Under the pieces are notes generated by a model. The model was not told the origin of the DNA. It searched no databases and saw only the letters and a program-made list of their open reading frames with translations. DNA of 64,000 bases. Origin: Camelus dromedarius. Taxonomy: Eukaryota. The position numbers and the translations under genes are program-made. The first letter of the stretch is position 1; every line of letters begins with the position of its first letter. This document shows positions 1 to 12,455 of the stretch, piece by piece. The stretch covers positions 63,118,001 through 63,182,000 of the forward strand of contig NC_087437.1 in assembly GCF_036321535.1 (NCBI RefSeq), in the 5' to 3' direction.

Positions 1-1057
1 AATCAGCCATCCAGGAGAGCCACAGAGATGGCCTTCAATGATCTAAGCACATGAGTCTAGGGAAGAAACACATAGTTTCCATTTCCTTACCTCTTTTTTC
101 AAAAAGTATGATTATTAATTTTTGAAACTTGATCAAATTTTCCAGTGGGTACCAAGTCTTCAGTTACTAATTGCCAAGCTTCACACAGATGCCTTTGGGC
201 CTTGGTCACTTTGGGAGGTAGCTGTGCAGAAGGCCAAGTAGTCTAAATGAGAAGGGAAGTCCTCAGGTTCTCTAGCGAGAAAAAAAAATCTTCGCTAACC
301 TCTCATTTTCAGGATGCAATTTGAACCTGCATCTGTGCTCACTTTGTAGCGTCCAGTCACCCTCCATCAAGCCAATGAAATGCTGACTGGTCATACCTGA
401 AATCAGGCTGCCTTCTACAATGAGAAGCCAGCCTGCCCAATGCTGTGGAAGCCCACAGTCCAACACACAAGGTGAGGAGTCCCTCAAAAGACTGGGTTAA
501 CATTCTATCAAGGAAAAAGCCCCTTTGCAAACAAGATTGACTTGTTCTGCTCTATTCAAAATTTTGAGTAAAAGCCTGATTAAGAACATTTTGCCAATTT
601 AAAAAAAGTGAATTTTTAGAAATTTCTGGATGACAACCTCCAATGAAGACATTCTTTTTAATGTAAAGTTTCATTCATTAAAATGAGACCAAAGGGGAGA
701 GAGATTAGCTGCTTATAGAGGCCAGGAAAAAGTCAGGCCTCCCTGGATATTTTCAACACCTGAAGTTCTAACTATACATGAGGTGAGAAATAGAGCTACC
801 CTGAGTTCTGCTGGCTCAGTTAAGGTGATTGATGCAATTAATATTTAGAGCAAATAAGATACTCAGTGAACATTCCATTTCTTTTCTATAGGTTATGAGT
901 GTATTTTTTAATTAGTTTACATCTTATAGTGTATAGTAATTCATTTTGCAGTTTCAATTTTAAGACATTTTTCTTAGAACAACAGAGTTCTCTTTTGCTT
1001 TGGAGTACCCTAGCCCCATTTTTCACATGGAGGATTCATCAAAGTCCAACTCCCCAA

Positions 1058-1200
1058 AATGTTACTTAGCATCACTGTGCCTTAGTTTTCCCATCTGCAA
1101 CATGTAACACCAACCTCATAAGGCTGTTGTGAGAATTAACTGAGATTATGTGTGTATCCTGTGACTGGCAGGTAACAGGAGTCCAGTAAGTGCTAGGTGA
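1058..1200 (+). mobile_element. MIR SINE fragment
   Basis: Core ctgtgccttagttttcccatctgcaa...acctcataaggctgttgtgagaattaactgag matches MIR core; followed by gaatgaatgaa tail. Confidence 0.8.
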
Positions 1201-1667
1201 TGGAGTGAATGAATGAATTAATGAAGTGCCTGGACTATGTGACTGATTTGTCACTGGGTTTAGCTATACAAACCTGGAAGCAGCCAAACTGCAGAAACAA
1301 ATCACAATTTAAGACACAATCACCCACATGCTATCAGCTCCTGAAATTGTAGACAAAATAACCAGGAGGAAATAAGCTGCCTACAGAAAGCATGCCTTGC
1401 AAATTGAGGCAAAGGTGAGGACATTATAGCTCCCATGGAAAAAAATCTTGCCTTCCACTCTAAAATTTTATGATTTTGTGTTTGTGCAAATGGGAATAGT
1501 AGTCAACAATCTAATCATTGTTCAGCTTTGGGGTTTCTAGGATTAAAATCTTTCCATCAAAATCCAAATGTGGATTTGGAAGTGTCCCCGATCTAACTTG
1601 GGCCCAGGTATGTAAAGAGCAACTGAGTCACAATTGTGCTACTGTTTCATGCTAATAATGTTCCTGA

Positions 1668-1835
1668 CGTGGGAAAGAACACTGGACTAGGAATCTGAAG
1701 ACCTGAGTTCAACTTGTGGCTTTTTCAAAATCTCTTCCCCTTTCTGGCCTTCATTTCAACACTAGTAAAATGAACAAGCCAGGCAAGATGATGCCTGAGG
1801 CTGTCCCCTACCCGGCTGTTCCACTGCCTAATTCT
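1668..1835 (+). mobile_element. MIR-family SINE (MIR3/MIRc-like)
   Basis: gtgggaaagaacactggactaggaatctgaagacctgagttc resembles MIR tRNA-like head; degenerate core follows. Confidence 0.65.
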
Positions 1836-1929
1836 AGTTTGCTGTAGAGAGATAATGGCTGGCAAGAAGCTAGAGAAGGGGGCATCCCAGAGGGGAAGTG
1901 AGAACCTCAAGAATCATGCTGGGAAAACA

Positions 1930-2084
1930 CCATATTTAATTAATTATAATATTAGTTTATGTACCATCAAGAAAAAACTGTTGCAGTTAAACTACTACAT
2001 ACATATAAACTGTAAGATGCATCCTCATTTCAGAGATGGCAGAATGTGAGGGGAAAAGGGAATCTCAGAATCAATGAAATATGG
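1930..2084 (-). mobile_element. TcMar-Tc2 MITE (MER104/Kanga-like)
   Basis: Right end tgtaagatgcatcctcatttcagagatg...tcagaatcaatgaaatatgg matches the reverse complement of the MER104 start; left end ccatattt is a degenerate terminal inverted repeat. Confidence 0.65.
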
Positions 2085-2085
2085 G

Positions 2086-2330
2086 AACTAGCATTTACTG
2101 GGTACTCGTTATATTCTAGGCATTAAACTAAGTGTTTTACATGTATTATTTCACTTAAAACTCAAACAACTCAGTGAAATAGAAATAGAGATGTGTAAAA
2201 GAGCAGCATTTTACAGAAAGGAAACTGAGGCACAGAGGCTTTACATGATTTGCTTGAGGTCATCTAACTAGTCGGTAGAAGTAAGATTTGAGCCTGTAAC
2301 TATTTCATTCCAAACTCCATCCTCTTAACC
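2086..2330 (-). mobile_element. MIR SINE, near full length
   Basis: attttacagaaaggaaactgaggcacagagg core plus antisense tail and head. Confidence 0.9.
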
Positions 2331-2451
2331 TTTTACCCTTTGAAGAAAGGCTGGAGCATTTGATGAAAAGGGGAAATGCACTTTTGGATGGAGTTAGAGC
2401 TGAAACACTAAAATTGTCAGAATATATTAAAGGAACTTACTAGGGTAAAAC

Positions 2452-2600
2452 ACTTTGAACTACGAGGAACCTTAAAGATAATGTTACATAAACACATACT
2501 TTACAGACAAAGAAACTAAAGCCCAGGGGAGTTATGTCATTTGCACAAGCTTATACAGCCAGTTAGTGCAAAAGTTAGGATTCTAGAATTTTGCCAGGTA
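2452..2600 (-). mobile_element. MIR-family SINE fragment
   Basis: ctttacagacaaagaaactaaagcccagggg...ttgcacaagcttatacagccagttagtg. Confidence 0.7.
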
Positions 2601-2829
2601 ATAAGATCAGCTTCTCAAGTCTATGGTTTCCTGAATCTGCTAATTTGCATTTTTTCAAGTTCTAGGCATTTCCTCTCTTTACACATTGATTTCTTGGTGA
2701 TGACACAGGCAAGTTCCTTTAGCATTTAATGCAATTCCTTCAGGACTGAGATACTGAGCATTCTCAAAGCAGTGTGAGGAAGGGGGACAGAGCAGTGGGG
2801 TCTGGGGCCTCCTAGCTCTAGGAACCCAG

Positions 2830-2958
2830 CACGCTTAATTTCTCTGTGCTTTGTGGATTCATATGCAAGATGAGACTCCTACACCAACCTCATACAGAGG
2901 CAATGTCTCCAAAGTCCCACTGGCACAGAGTCGGCGGACAACTGATGGTGGTTATTTT
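2830..2958 (+). mobile_element. MIR fragment
   Basis: cttaatttctctgtgc...caacctcata...ctggcacagagt degenerate core and tail. Confidence 0.55.
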
Positions 2959-3879
2959 GGCTATGACTGCTGCAGTATCTTGGTACTTCCACTATGCCCT
3001 CACCTTTCTTGGCCATCAGTTCTTAAATGGATAATCTGTTTTGCTTTTTCCAATCTGAAGTACACCCTCTTGACTGGAGACAGTGGAAGCAGGATGACAG
3101 TTTGACCCTTCTTCCCTTCTCCATCTCCATTTACGATAAACAGGCTTTTCCAAGCAGAAAACCAAAACCTTTCTGTATCTTTACTGTTCCCAAGCTCGCT
3201 TCCTGCTGGCTTTAATATAGTAAACTGCCCTCCCTTTAAATTTCTGTATAAGTACTTTAAACATCAAGCTCCCTGAAGAAGTCCTTTACCTTTCCTAATT
3301 CACACTGCTTGTCTTAAAGTGAAGGCCAGCCTTTTCCAAGGCGTGGGCAGCCCTCAAGGCTTCACAGCCACTTGAAGATCAAGGTCAAAGCAATTTACAT
3401 TCAAACTTCCAACCATTGGGAGCTGAGTGCCAGTAAAAGAAAAGCCCCTTCCTACCTTCTTGGGGATCTCTGTGCTCCTAGTTAGATCTGTGTTAGAAGA
3501 CAATGGGTGATAATTATGCCGCAGGCGGCCAGGAGCTACAGTGGGCCCTCAAGCTGGGAAGAAGAAAATGCCAAAGGAGCTTGAGTGGCTTGGGTGTGGG
3601 CTGACTTAACAGTCCTACTTTCCATTTTAAAGACACCTAACAGAGGGGGAAGGCACGTGCCCAACTCCACAGTTGCCACCCTGTGGAAGCCCAGCTAGTG
3701 AAATCAGCAAGCATCACCAAGGCACCTCCGCCCTGCTTGGTCATAGTGTACCTCACAAAACATGGCTTTTGTAAACCAAGCGGCACAAGAGCCCAAATTT
3801 CAGCTCCTGACTTTGCAAGCCCTGCCCAGCTGTTATTTTGTTTCTGCCGCTTTTGTGGGACTTTGCAGTAAATGTTTGC

Positions 3880-4105
3880 TACCACTGATTAAAGGTTACT
3901 ACCTAGGGGCTGACTCCCTTAGTGCCTTTCATACCTGATGTTGTTAAAGTCTCATAACTACCCTATGGGCTATATATTATTTCCACATTTGATGGATGAA
4001 AACTAAAGATTAGAAAAATCAAATAATTTATCCAAAGTTATAGGGTTAGGAAAGGATGAAAGCAGGATGTGAACTCAGGTCTATTCCATTCCAAAGCCTG
4101 TACAC
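3880..4105 (-). mobile_element. MIR SINE
   Basis: ccacatttgatggatgaaaactaaagattag...tttatccaaagttatag...gatgtgaactcaggtct. Confidence 0.75.
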
Positions 4106-5225
4106 AAAGTCTCATACCATATGGATCTCTCCTCTAGTGCCCGAGTACCCAGGATCAAGGCACATTGGGAGCATCAGTCCCTCTAGGGTTGGGATCTAGC
4201 CATCATTTTTGGTGCAGCCCCAGACACACAGTTTGATGTGTCTGGGATGGGCCTCCAGGGCCCAAGTTTCTGTGGAGTCAGAGGACAGCCAGACTGCTGA
4301 GCTTGTGCCTCACTTCCCTCGCATGTGGGGTAGTTAGTACCCTGCAGCTAGCATCATGCTCTGACACTCCACCTGAGTGATTAGGGCCTTGCTCATCCCT
4401 TGCCGGGCCCCCCCTCCTGGTGCAGGCTGGAAGGAAGTGTCTTAATCCTGTCTTAATCCCTGTGCTCCCAAGTCACAGTCTGGGGGCCTGCCAGGAATGG
4501 ACTGATGGCCCCAGTGTAGGACCACAGGCTCCCTGGACCCCGAAGGCCTCTCACCACTTGTGGACTCTGGTGACATTCTCTTCCAGGACTCCCCAAGTGT
4601 CTCCCTCCCGCATCTTGGATGGTGGATGGTGATGCTAGCCTGGAGAAAACTTTCTTTTGTGATGCTCCACTGGATCCCACCTATTTCACTGCTGACTGTT
4701 TGCCTCTTCCAGGCTAGCCCCACAGTCCCTGAGCTCTCAGCCAGACACTACCAATCCTTTCAGAATTGCCAATGCCAATCTTGATTTGAAGTGGGAAGTC
4801 AGTTTTCTTCATGTAAGCAAGAGAGTAAAACAACCCATAAAAGACTGTCTGAAGCATTTCAGTCAACAATAACAACTGGCTAAATTAAAATGACGAGTCC
4901 CAAGAAACTCTCCACCCCACTGACTGTTAATGACATGGTAATTATAAACACAACAGCAAATATTATTATCAGCTTCAAGTGTTGACTTGAAACCAGCTGG
5001 TACAGTCAGCAAAACACTTCAGTCCTAGAAAGTTCGGGAACTCATGTAATACAGTAAATCCAGCAACTATAAATCCAACTTAGATGAAATCTCTGACTGT
5101 GGAGATGGAGCTGTACTTCTCAGTGTGCCACACCACCCAGAAAACCCCAGAAGTCCTCTATGGTACCCTAGGTTGTCCTATATCCATGGTGAAAACTGTT
5201 TCCATCAAGCCACACTAAGGATGGT

Positions 5226-5590
5226 CTAGAGACTGGCTGGATGCTCACCAAGCCGCTCTTCTCTGAAGGACACAATCCTTAAATTTCCCTGCCTCCCTTG
5301 CAGTTCAGAGCAGTCACGTGACTGAGCTCTAGGCAATGAAATGCGGGCAGAAGTGTTATATGCCATGTCAAAGACCGGCCCACAAAATCGCCCCCCATGT
5401 GTGTCCTCCACTCTCTCTTTCCCTCTTCTGAAGGCTGGAAGCAGAGAGTCTATTAGAGGACTCCAAGGTATGGCAATCACTCAGCAGAAGTGGAACATCT
5501 GGAATGGACTGTGATGTGAGCAAGAAATAAGTTTCTATTACATTACCCCCGATATTTGCAGGTTATTACTGTAGTCAATCTATGCTGATC
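5226..5590 (+). mobile_element. MaLR solo LTR (MLT1I/J-like)
   Basis: ttccctgcctcccttgcagtt...cacgtgactgagctctaggcaatgaaatgcgggcagaagtg and ggactgtgatgtgagcaagaaataagtttctatt are MLT1 hallmarks. Confidence 0.8.
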
Positions 5591-6139
5591 AGTTAGCAGA
5601 GAGCACCGACGTTGTTGACATAATTTTGAGTGAAATATCATGATGGTAAACTGTGCAGACTGAAGAAATTACTTTCTATCTCTATTCCAGAATCTTAAGT
5701 CTAGTGGTAATGTGTTAAGGGTGGACAGGTCTCCTTCAAAAACAATAAGGATATGTCAGGGATGTGGGTACAAAAACTGTGGGAGAACTTCAAAGAGGAG
5801 AACAATAAACACAGAAAAAGGGAAACCTGGGAGGACAGAGAACTATTTAGGACTTAGTAGTTAGCCAGGCTCTCCATTCTCCTTTCTGAAAGATTATCCA
5901 TTCCTGTGCCTCTGACAAACACAGGTGACAGTACCAGGTAAATTTCTGAGATCAATCTTAACATAAATTATTGTTCTGACTCCCAAATCTAAATTCTTGG
6001 GCTTGTTTCACCCAGCCTAGCTCCAGCTGCATTGCCAACCACCAGCAAGTGTTTCCACTTAGATGCAAAGTTCAAATCTTCCTCTGTTCTCAACGTCATG
6101 TCTCCATCCTGCCAGAGGGGGGAATAATCATTAGCTTCA

Positions 6140-6325
6140 CACCTAACATATGCCAGACCCAATATATAACATTATATATGTACAATTATAATTATAGTAA
6201 TCACCTCATTAAATCCTCTCATATTCTTTCCTGAGATAGATCTCATTATGTCATTTCACAGATGTGGAAACTGAGACTCACAGAAATCGAACGGTTTAGC
6301 CAAGGTCACATAACTGGTAACCTGG
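6140..6325 (-). mobile_element. MIR SINE
   Basis: catttcacagatgtggaaactgagactcacagaaat...ccaaggtcacataactggtaa. Confidence 0.85.
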
Positions 6326-6396
6326 ACTGTAAGAACGATTTTCATTTATTTAAGACCTATGCTGACGAGGATGCTTCCTTCACCAGCTAAATACAC

Positions 6397-6600
6397 CTGG
6401 CGGTGTGCTGAAGCCTGCTGTTCTGGTTCCCAAGAGCCAAGAGTAATCGTCAGTTTTTGCCAGCTGGTTGTTAAACAGGTTGGTAGCGTGAAATCTGCCA
6501 CAGATAGATGGAGTATTTACACAATGGAAATCAGCAAATGCTACAAATGCTACAATCAGGGCTTTCACTCCCCCTTGGAAGCATTTCCCATCACTAACTA
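6397..6600 (+). mobile_element. hAT-Blackjack MITE (MER63-like)
   Basis: ggtgtgctgaagcc...gctggttgttaaac...ttggtagcgtgaaatctgcca...gagtatttacacaatggaaatcagcaaatgctaca...atcagggcttt matches MER63. Confidence 0.75.
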
Positions 6601-7352
6601 CACCTTTCTATTTGGACCAGTATGGCAAGACAACACCGTTGCTCTATTGAAATTTCAGGAATAAGAATTAGAAGGAAAAAGCACCTGATGGCAGACTTCA
6701 CAAACAAAAAGTTAACAAAAGCAAAGGCAAATGTTAGAAAGACACAAAGGAATGAAGGAAGATGTATGGGTCTCTCAACATGGCTCAGGCTTTCTGACAA
6801 TTCCATAAAGAGCTCTCCTTATAAACTGGTAGGAAACAGTTAGAAAGCACGACACTATTTTAGGAGAGGTGGCAGTTAAACTCTGGGGCAATGGAGAGAA
6901 CAGCTGTGGAAAGAAAGATCTTAGAGATTTAGTTTTGAACTAAGGGATTAGGGAGGCATCATAAGCCCCTTTGAGGTAACTTCTGAAACAAGGATTATTT
7001 AAAAAAATAATTTAAAAACTCCCCCCAAACCTGCAGTTAGCACATTAATGCAGTAGCACAGATAATCCAAAGCAGAAGATAAAATCACATGATGCTTTCC
7101 AAAGCCAAAGAGAAATGACTGGAATATTTTCTTTGATCAACTGCACACGGTTTACCTTCTGTAATCAAAGTGCATCTTAATTAGACAAGCATGCACCCAT
7201 CTGACATCTGGGGAAAGGAGGCTAGACGCTTGCAGAGTGGTTAAGGGCAGTCACCCTGCATCACTTTTTTCTTTTTAAACAAACACTCCCCATGTGGAAA
7301 ATAATGCCCATGTGAAAAATAAGGAAATCGGTGCTTTTATTTGTGGCCTAGA

Positions 7353-7455
7353 GCAGTTGTTCCCAAACCTGGCTTCTTATCAGATTTGGTTGAAAAAAAA
7401 ATTTTTTTAATACAGACTCTCGTGTCTATATTTAGATTTATATTCAGTGAGTGTA
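7353..7455. mobile_element. hAT-Charlie MITE fragment (MER5-like)
   Basis: cagttgttcccaaacctggc...atcaga...aatacagactc resembles a MER5 end. Confidence 0.55.
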
Positions 7456-7694
7456 AGAAACTGTGTGTTTGCCAGAACTGAATTGAAAGACTCATAAAAG
7501 CTTAACATCAAAACAATAATTATTATTAAAGGATTAAAGAATCCTAAGTAGAAACCTCAGTAAGGTTGACCAACTAACCCAGGTACAGCCAGGAAGAGAA
7601 AAACACTGAAGACAGAGGGTCTGAAGGAGATTCCAGTTTTTGAAGAGGTTATACCCAGATCTAGCAGGATGCTGAATATAAGGGAGGAAGACTA

Positions 7695-7865
7695 ACTGCC
7701 ACTTGTTTGCTATGTCTGGAGGGTGACAGTGTCACTGAGCTTCAGAATCCTCATCTGTGAAATAGGGAGATTCACGCCGAAATTGCTAGGCAGCTGGAGA
7801 CTGGAAAGCACCTCTCGTAGTTCCTGGCACAGAGGAGGTCATTGTTAGTTATTACTCTATTATTA
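7695..7865 (+). mobile_element. MIR SINE
   Basis: ctgagcttcagaatcctcatctgtgaaatagggagat...gttcctggcacagag. Confidence 0.7.
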
Positions 7866-9812
7866 CGTTCTCTTTTTCACCCTGCTTTGGGAACACTGTC
7901 CCATGCCACAGCATATAAAGCTGCAGGAGCTGCTGCCTGGGTGCCTCCAACCTCCTTCTGCAGCAGCCTATCGCGGGCTCCCAGTATCTTCTGAGGATGA
8001 CAGAGGAGGCTCATCACTGCACTTGGTCAAAAACCAAGAAAGCAGCTTTACTTGACTCTGCCCTCAACTCACTACAAGACTTCCCTTGGTCTTCATTTCT
8101 AGTCCTGACAAATGGGCACAATCAAAAGGAACCTGTCTTGGCCAGAGGGCTCTAATGAAGAGTCCAGGAGAATGGATTAATCTGAAGCTTCAGACAGCTC
8201 AGGGATAACGAGCCAGCCTGTTGCTGTCCCCGGGAGCTGTCCCTCCCTCCCAGGTCAGGGAGATGGCTGGCACCCCCAAACTGCTGCACTGAGCTTCTGC
8301 TAATTGGAGACTTGATGACAGATAACACCAAGTTTCTGGGAAATAAAATGATCTTTCCAGCCCCAGAGCCTGCAGTGAGGAGAAGGGAGGATGGGAAACT
8401 TCCCCTGAGTAATGCAACCAAGGTTCCTGGGGGCACCATATATAAAACATTAATGCAACTCGAGCTGCCACCAGAACATGTCAGGGAGTATAGGAAACAA
8501 GAAAAGCTAAGAGTGGAGAGTGCTGCTGACCCAGCCTGCCAGCTGGCACGGCACACTAGGAACGAGCCGGGGCCAGCCAGGAGCTGCAGGACAGCCACCC
8601 AGGACCGCAGCAGCACAGGGAGTTCCAGGACTCCAGAAGAGTCTCAGGAATTAAGGGTGGTGCACTTCACTCTCTTACCAGAGAGGAAGACAGGCGTGTC
8701 TTGAAGAGACAATGATAAAGCAAAATGTATCTGTTTTCAGAGAATCACAGGAGAGACAAACAAATAGCACAAGTGGAGGGGGCAGGCTTGGGAAGAGGGG
8801 AAGGGTGGATGGGTCTGTGAGAACGTGGTCTGAAAAAAAGTAGAGAGACCAGGAGACGGTGGGAGGGTTCAAAGAAAATTAGGTTACCCAAACTCTCATT
8901 AATGGAATAGGATGCAGTGGCTGCTACACAGAGAAAATTCTAGATCTTCATGCTGGCTTCTTTCTAATTTAAATTTTCTAAATAACTTCCATGTAAATGA
9001 AGTACACTGAGCACATGGGATTTCACACTTCAACTTGAGCCAGCTCTGAAGACACCGTGTTTTCTTTTTCCCCTGCCGGTGAAGGGAGGGAGGCAGTGGG
9101 GAGGGAGTGAGAGCGGAAGTGTGGCAGAAGATGCCTGCGTGGCCCGAGCCTGCTGAGTGGATGATCCTCATTTCCAGCAGCTCCTAGTCACAGCTCCAAA
9201 GCCCAAGTCTAACTAGAGAAGACAAGCCAGCCCAAATCAAAGCCGCTTCTTCCTGAGATGGGAGCCACATCACTGGACTTCTCCTTTGGCTGTGTTTATG
9301 GATTTAATGTATGCTAAACTAATTCACATGTCCCTAAAATTTAAATATTCTCAAAAAGTAAACATTCCCAAGTCTATCACCTGCTTATGTGAGATACTCT
9401 CCCTCACATCTGGAGTTCCCAAGGGCAGCTCAACCCTTCTCCCCTCCCACCAGGAGCTTCCGGAGAACAGAAATCACATGCATCAACCTGTGCAGACCCA
9501 GCAGAGCCTCCATACACCAGGGCGCTAAGTGTTTTTTGATGAGGATGGCATTTTAAATTCCTGTTATTCCCCAAGGATTCTTCTCCAGGAAGAGAAAAGT
9601 TCTGAAAACTAGCAATATCTGTTAAAAGAGAAAAGATCCAAGGCTCCAGTCGTACATGGGGACTGCCAAGACACTGGAGTAACCCAGAGCTCAGCCAGCT
9701 GAAGTCAAGGAAAGCCATTGTTCTCCCTGCTATGAAGGATGGCCTGCACCATACAGTGTCTCCACCACCCTCTGAGCCCCAGTTCCGCTGGACTTCCCAG
9801 ACCTCAAAGTTC

Positions 9813-10277
9813 TGCATTGGTTAGAAGTGTGTTTGGCTGAGAATAACAAAAAGCCCTGCTATGATGGCTTAAACAAGTAAGGTGCTTATATATCTCAAGC
9901 AACAAGAAATCTGAAGCTGGCAATCTGGAGCTGCCTTAATGATGTCTATCTTCTTGATCCACCATCTTAGCACATGGCTTTTTTCTCTTGGTCACAAGAT
10001 GGCTGCATTACCTCCTAGCATCAGGTCCCCATTCCAGGAAGGGAGAAGGGTGAAAAGCAAACAGCTTTCCCTTTGGATGTTTTTATCTTTGCTTAAGAAG
10101 ATAAGCACTGACTTGTGCCTATGTATCAATAGATACATAGAATCATGTCACATAGTCTTTCCTAATGACAAGGGAAACTGGAAATTTAAGTATTCCACCA
10201 TTTATAATAAAGGAAGAAAAGGAAGAAAGTCTTTGGAATGAATGTTAAGTACACCAACCTGCAGTATCTGTGCCACA
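9813..10277 (-). mobile_element. MaLR solo LTR (MLT1K/L-like)
   Basis: tggcttaaacaa...aacaagaaatctgaag...ggtcacaagatggctgca...gtcacatag...caagggaaactggaaat; begins TG and ends CA. Confidence 0.8.
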
Positions 10278-10439
10278 CATACAGATTCCCAAATCAAAAA
10301 GACACTCACAGCCTTCCAAGAGGAATAATGTGAGGGGGCCTCTTGATTGTCTGCTCTCTCAAGTGTGAAGGGCTGTGAAAAAAATTTACCCCAAGCTCAG
10401 AAAATCCTCTCAGGCTCACAGATATGTCCCCTTCCTTTG

Positions 10440-10645
10440 AACATGCTGAGTCACTTTTACATGCATTTTCTCATGTACTCCTCACAGCAATTCTCAAAGG
10501 CATGGTTACCTGTCCCACTTTTGTAGAAAAAGAATAGGACTCTCAAAGAGGTTGCTTGCCAAATGTCCCAGAGCTTCTAAGTGGCAGGATCAGATTCAGA
10601 ATCCAGATTTCTAGTCCCAAATCAGTATTTTTTCATTATACCATT
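10440..10645 (-). mobile_element. MIR SINE
   Basis: ttttacatgcattttctcat...cccactttt...cttgccaaatgtcccagagcttctaagtggcag. Confidence 0.75.
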
Positions 10646-11114
10646 GATCATTCTTCTCACACTGCGTGCCCGACTGTGGCTGCTACTGCTGTAACTCCCC
10701 ACCCTTCCTGTTTATGATGAGCCTTTCCCCTTGTAAAATTTAGATTAATGCCAAAGGAGAAGGGAGGTCATGGGGAAACTGGCAAGCATCACAAAAGGTT
10801 GAAAAAGATCAGGAACCTCTTCTTACCAACAGAACCCACATCGCCCTCTCCCAAAGTTCACCCAAAAGAGGTTCTAAAAAACCAAATCCAAGACTAGAGG
10901 ATGCTTTTCAGGGGTCATCCCCTCTATATCCCTCACTCCTCACCCCTCTAACAGCAGGGGCAGATCTTGGAGTTCTCTGGCACGTCTGCGATTACCTCCC
11001 GCCGCAGGCTGCCACACAGGCTCGGCATTGCTCAGGCTGGCTGCGTACTCCTCCAGCAGAGCACTTTTATCCCTGCACGGTAATTGCCTGGCCACTGTTC
11101 TGACTGCCACACAA

Positions 11115-11232
11115 GACCCTTCACTCCTTAAGAAAAAAGGGCTGTGTCTCATTCAGTATTGTCTCCCCAGCATCTAGCATGATGCCTGGCCTATGGTATG
11201 TTCTTAATAAAAAATATTCAAATAAATAAATG
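11115..11232 (+). mobile_element. L2 LINE 3' end
   Basis: tccccagcatctagcatgatgcctggcctatggtatgttcttaataaa...aataaataaatg. Confidence 0.75.
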
Positions 11233-11877
11233 CAAAACACCAATTCTTCTTATTACAGTATCTGTACGTTTCTTTTTGCCCTCTCCAGAGTGGAAACAGA
11301 AAGCAGCTGGTCACTCCTGTGGGTGCCCCATCAGGTCTCCACAGATCCCAGGGAGGGCAGACTTTGAGCCATTCAGCACAAATCCAGAAAACTCTTAGAT
11401 GCAAGACCCCAGGAGGCTGAGGTCTATGGCACTGGGACTGATGTGTCTGCATTTCTAGGGTGGGCCTGGTGTGTGAGAAAGGGAAATGGGCTCTGAACAG
11501 CTATCAGGCAGGACTCTTGGTGCAAGGGAAGCAGAGAAGGGCAATGGGAAGAAGCCCAGCCCGGGAGCAGCGAGAGTGAACACCAGACACTACCTGGGTC
11601 CCCATTCAGGGAATCAGGGTCACAACCACACAGGCAGCCTGAACTTGGCTTCCAAGTCCCCCTGCCTCTGGCCTCTCAAGCCTTTTCCTGGCTTTAGTCT
11701 GCCCCATTGCCTTGCCTTGACCCCTGGCACTTTGTCCCTCACTCTCTCCTAGCACTGATCCATGGATTTCCTGAGTCTAGCTGAGGCCCCGAGACCCATT
11801 CCCAGGCCCTGCCCACTGTAGCCCACAGCCACTGTTGATGGAGGAAGAGGATGCAGAAGCCAGAGGTGCCTCAAAAG

Positions 11878-12042
11878 CAGCAATTCCTAGTCTCTGTGGA
11901 GTCAATGACCCCTTAGAGAATCTGATGAAAGCCACAGCTTTTGTCCCAGTCACTTACAACAACCATAGCATTTCCGTGCAATTATAGGAGCTGGATAGAC
12001 CATGGGAAAGCCCACTCATGGACCCAGAATAAGGACTTCTGG
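11878..12042. mobile_element. hAT-Charlie MITE (MER117-like)
   Basis: gaccccttagagaatctgatgaaagc...aagcccactcatggacccagaataaggacttctg; family name tentative. Confidence 0.55.
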
Positions 12043-12207
12043 TCCAAGGTCATGCACAACTTTTGTTTTAGGGCTGTGGCTCTCCCCAGGAGAAACCCTT
12101 AGTAGCCCAGCCCAGGCCACTCTTGGCTTGTCCTTCCCACAGGGAAGCTTTTGGAACAGAGAGAACACAAATTGTTTCTTTGATCACTCCCATCTCAGAA
12201 GCCTTTA

Positions 12208-12455
12208 ATGTAGTAAACACTGAGCACTTACTGCGTAGCAAGCTGTGGGAAGCCAGAAGACTTGACATACATTTTCTGGAAATCTAATCTTCACAATAAA
12301 CTTGTGAAGGATGTATTAACCCCTTTCAGATGAGGAAATCAGGCTTAAAGGAGTTACGGAATCAGCTGTGGTTGCACAGATGCGTAGCGGGTCATGGAGT
12401 GTGGAATCAGACCCAGGCTTGTCCGGGATCCATGCCTGCTCTCACCTGTACCACA
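12208..12455 (-). mobile_element. MIR SINE
   Basis: aacactgagcacttactgcg...taatcttcacaataaacttgtgaag...tttcagatgaggaaatcaggctt. Confidence 0.85.

Noticed and set aside
5002..5100. Possible Tigger-like MITE bounded by ACAGTCAG/CTGACTGT
   Set aside because: The inverted repeat is only 8 bp, TA is present on one side only, and the interior is not recognised.
8152..8704. Overlapping 154-aa, 90-aa and 130-aa ORFs on both strands
   Set aside because: A GC-rich patch with few stops in several frames; no recognisable protein or coherent exon boundaries.
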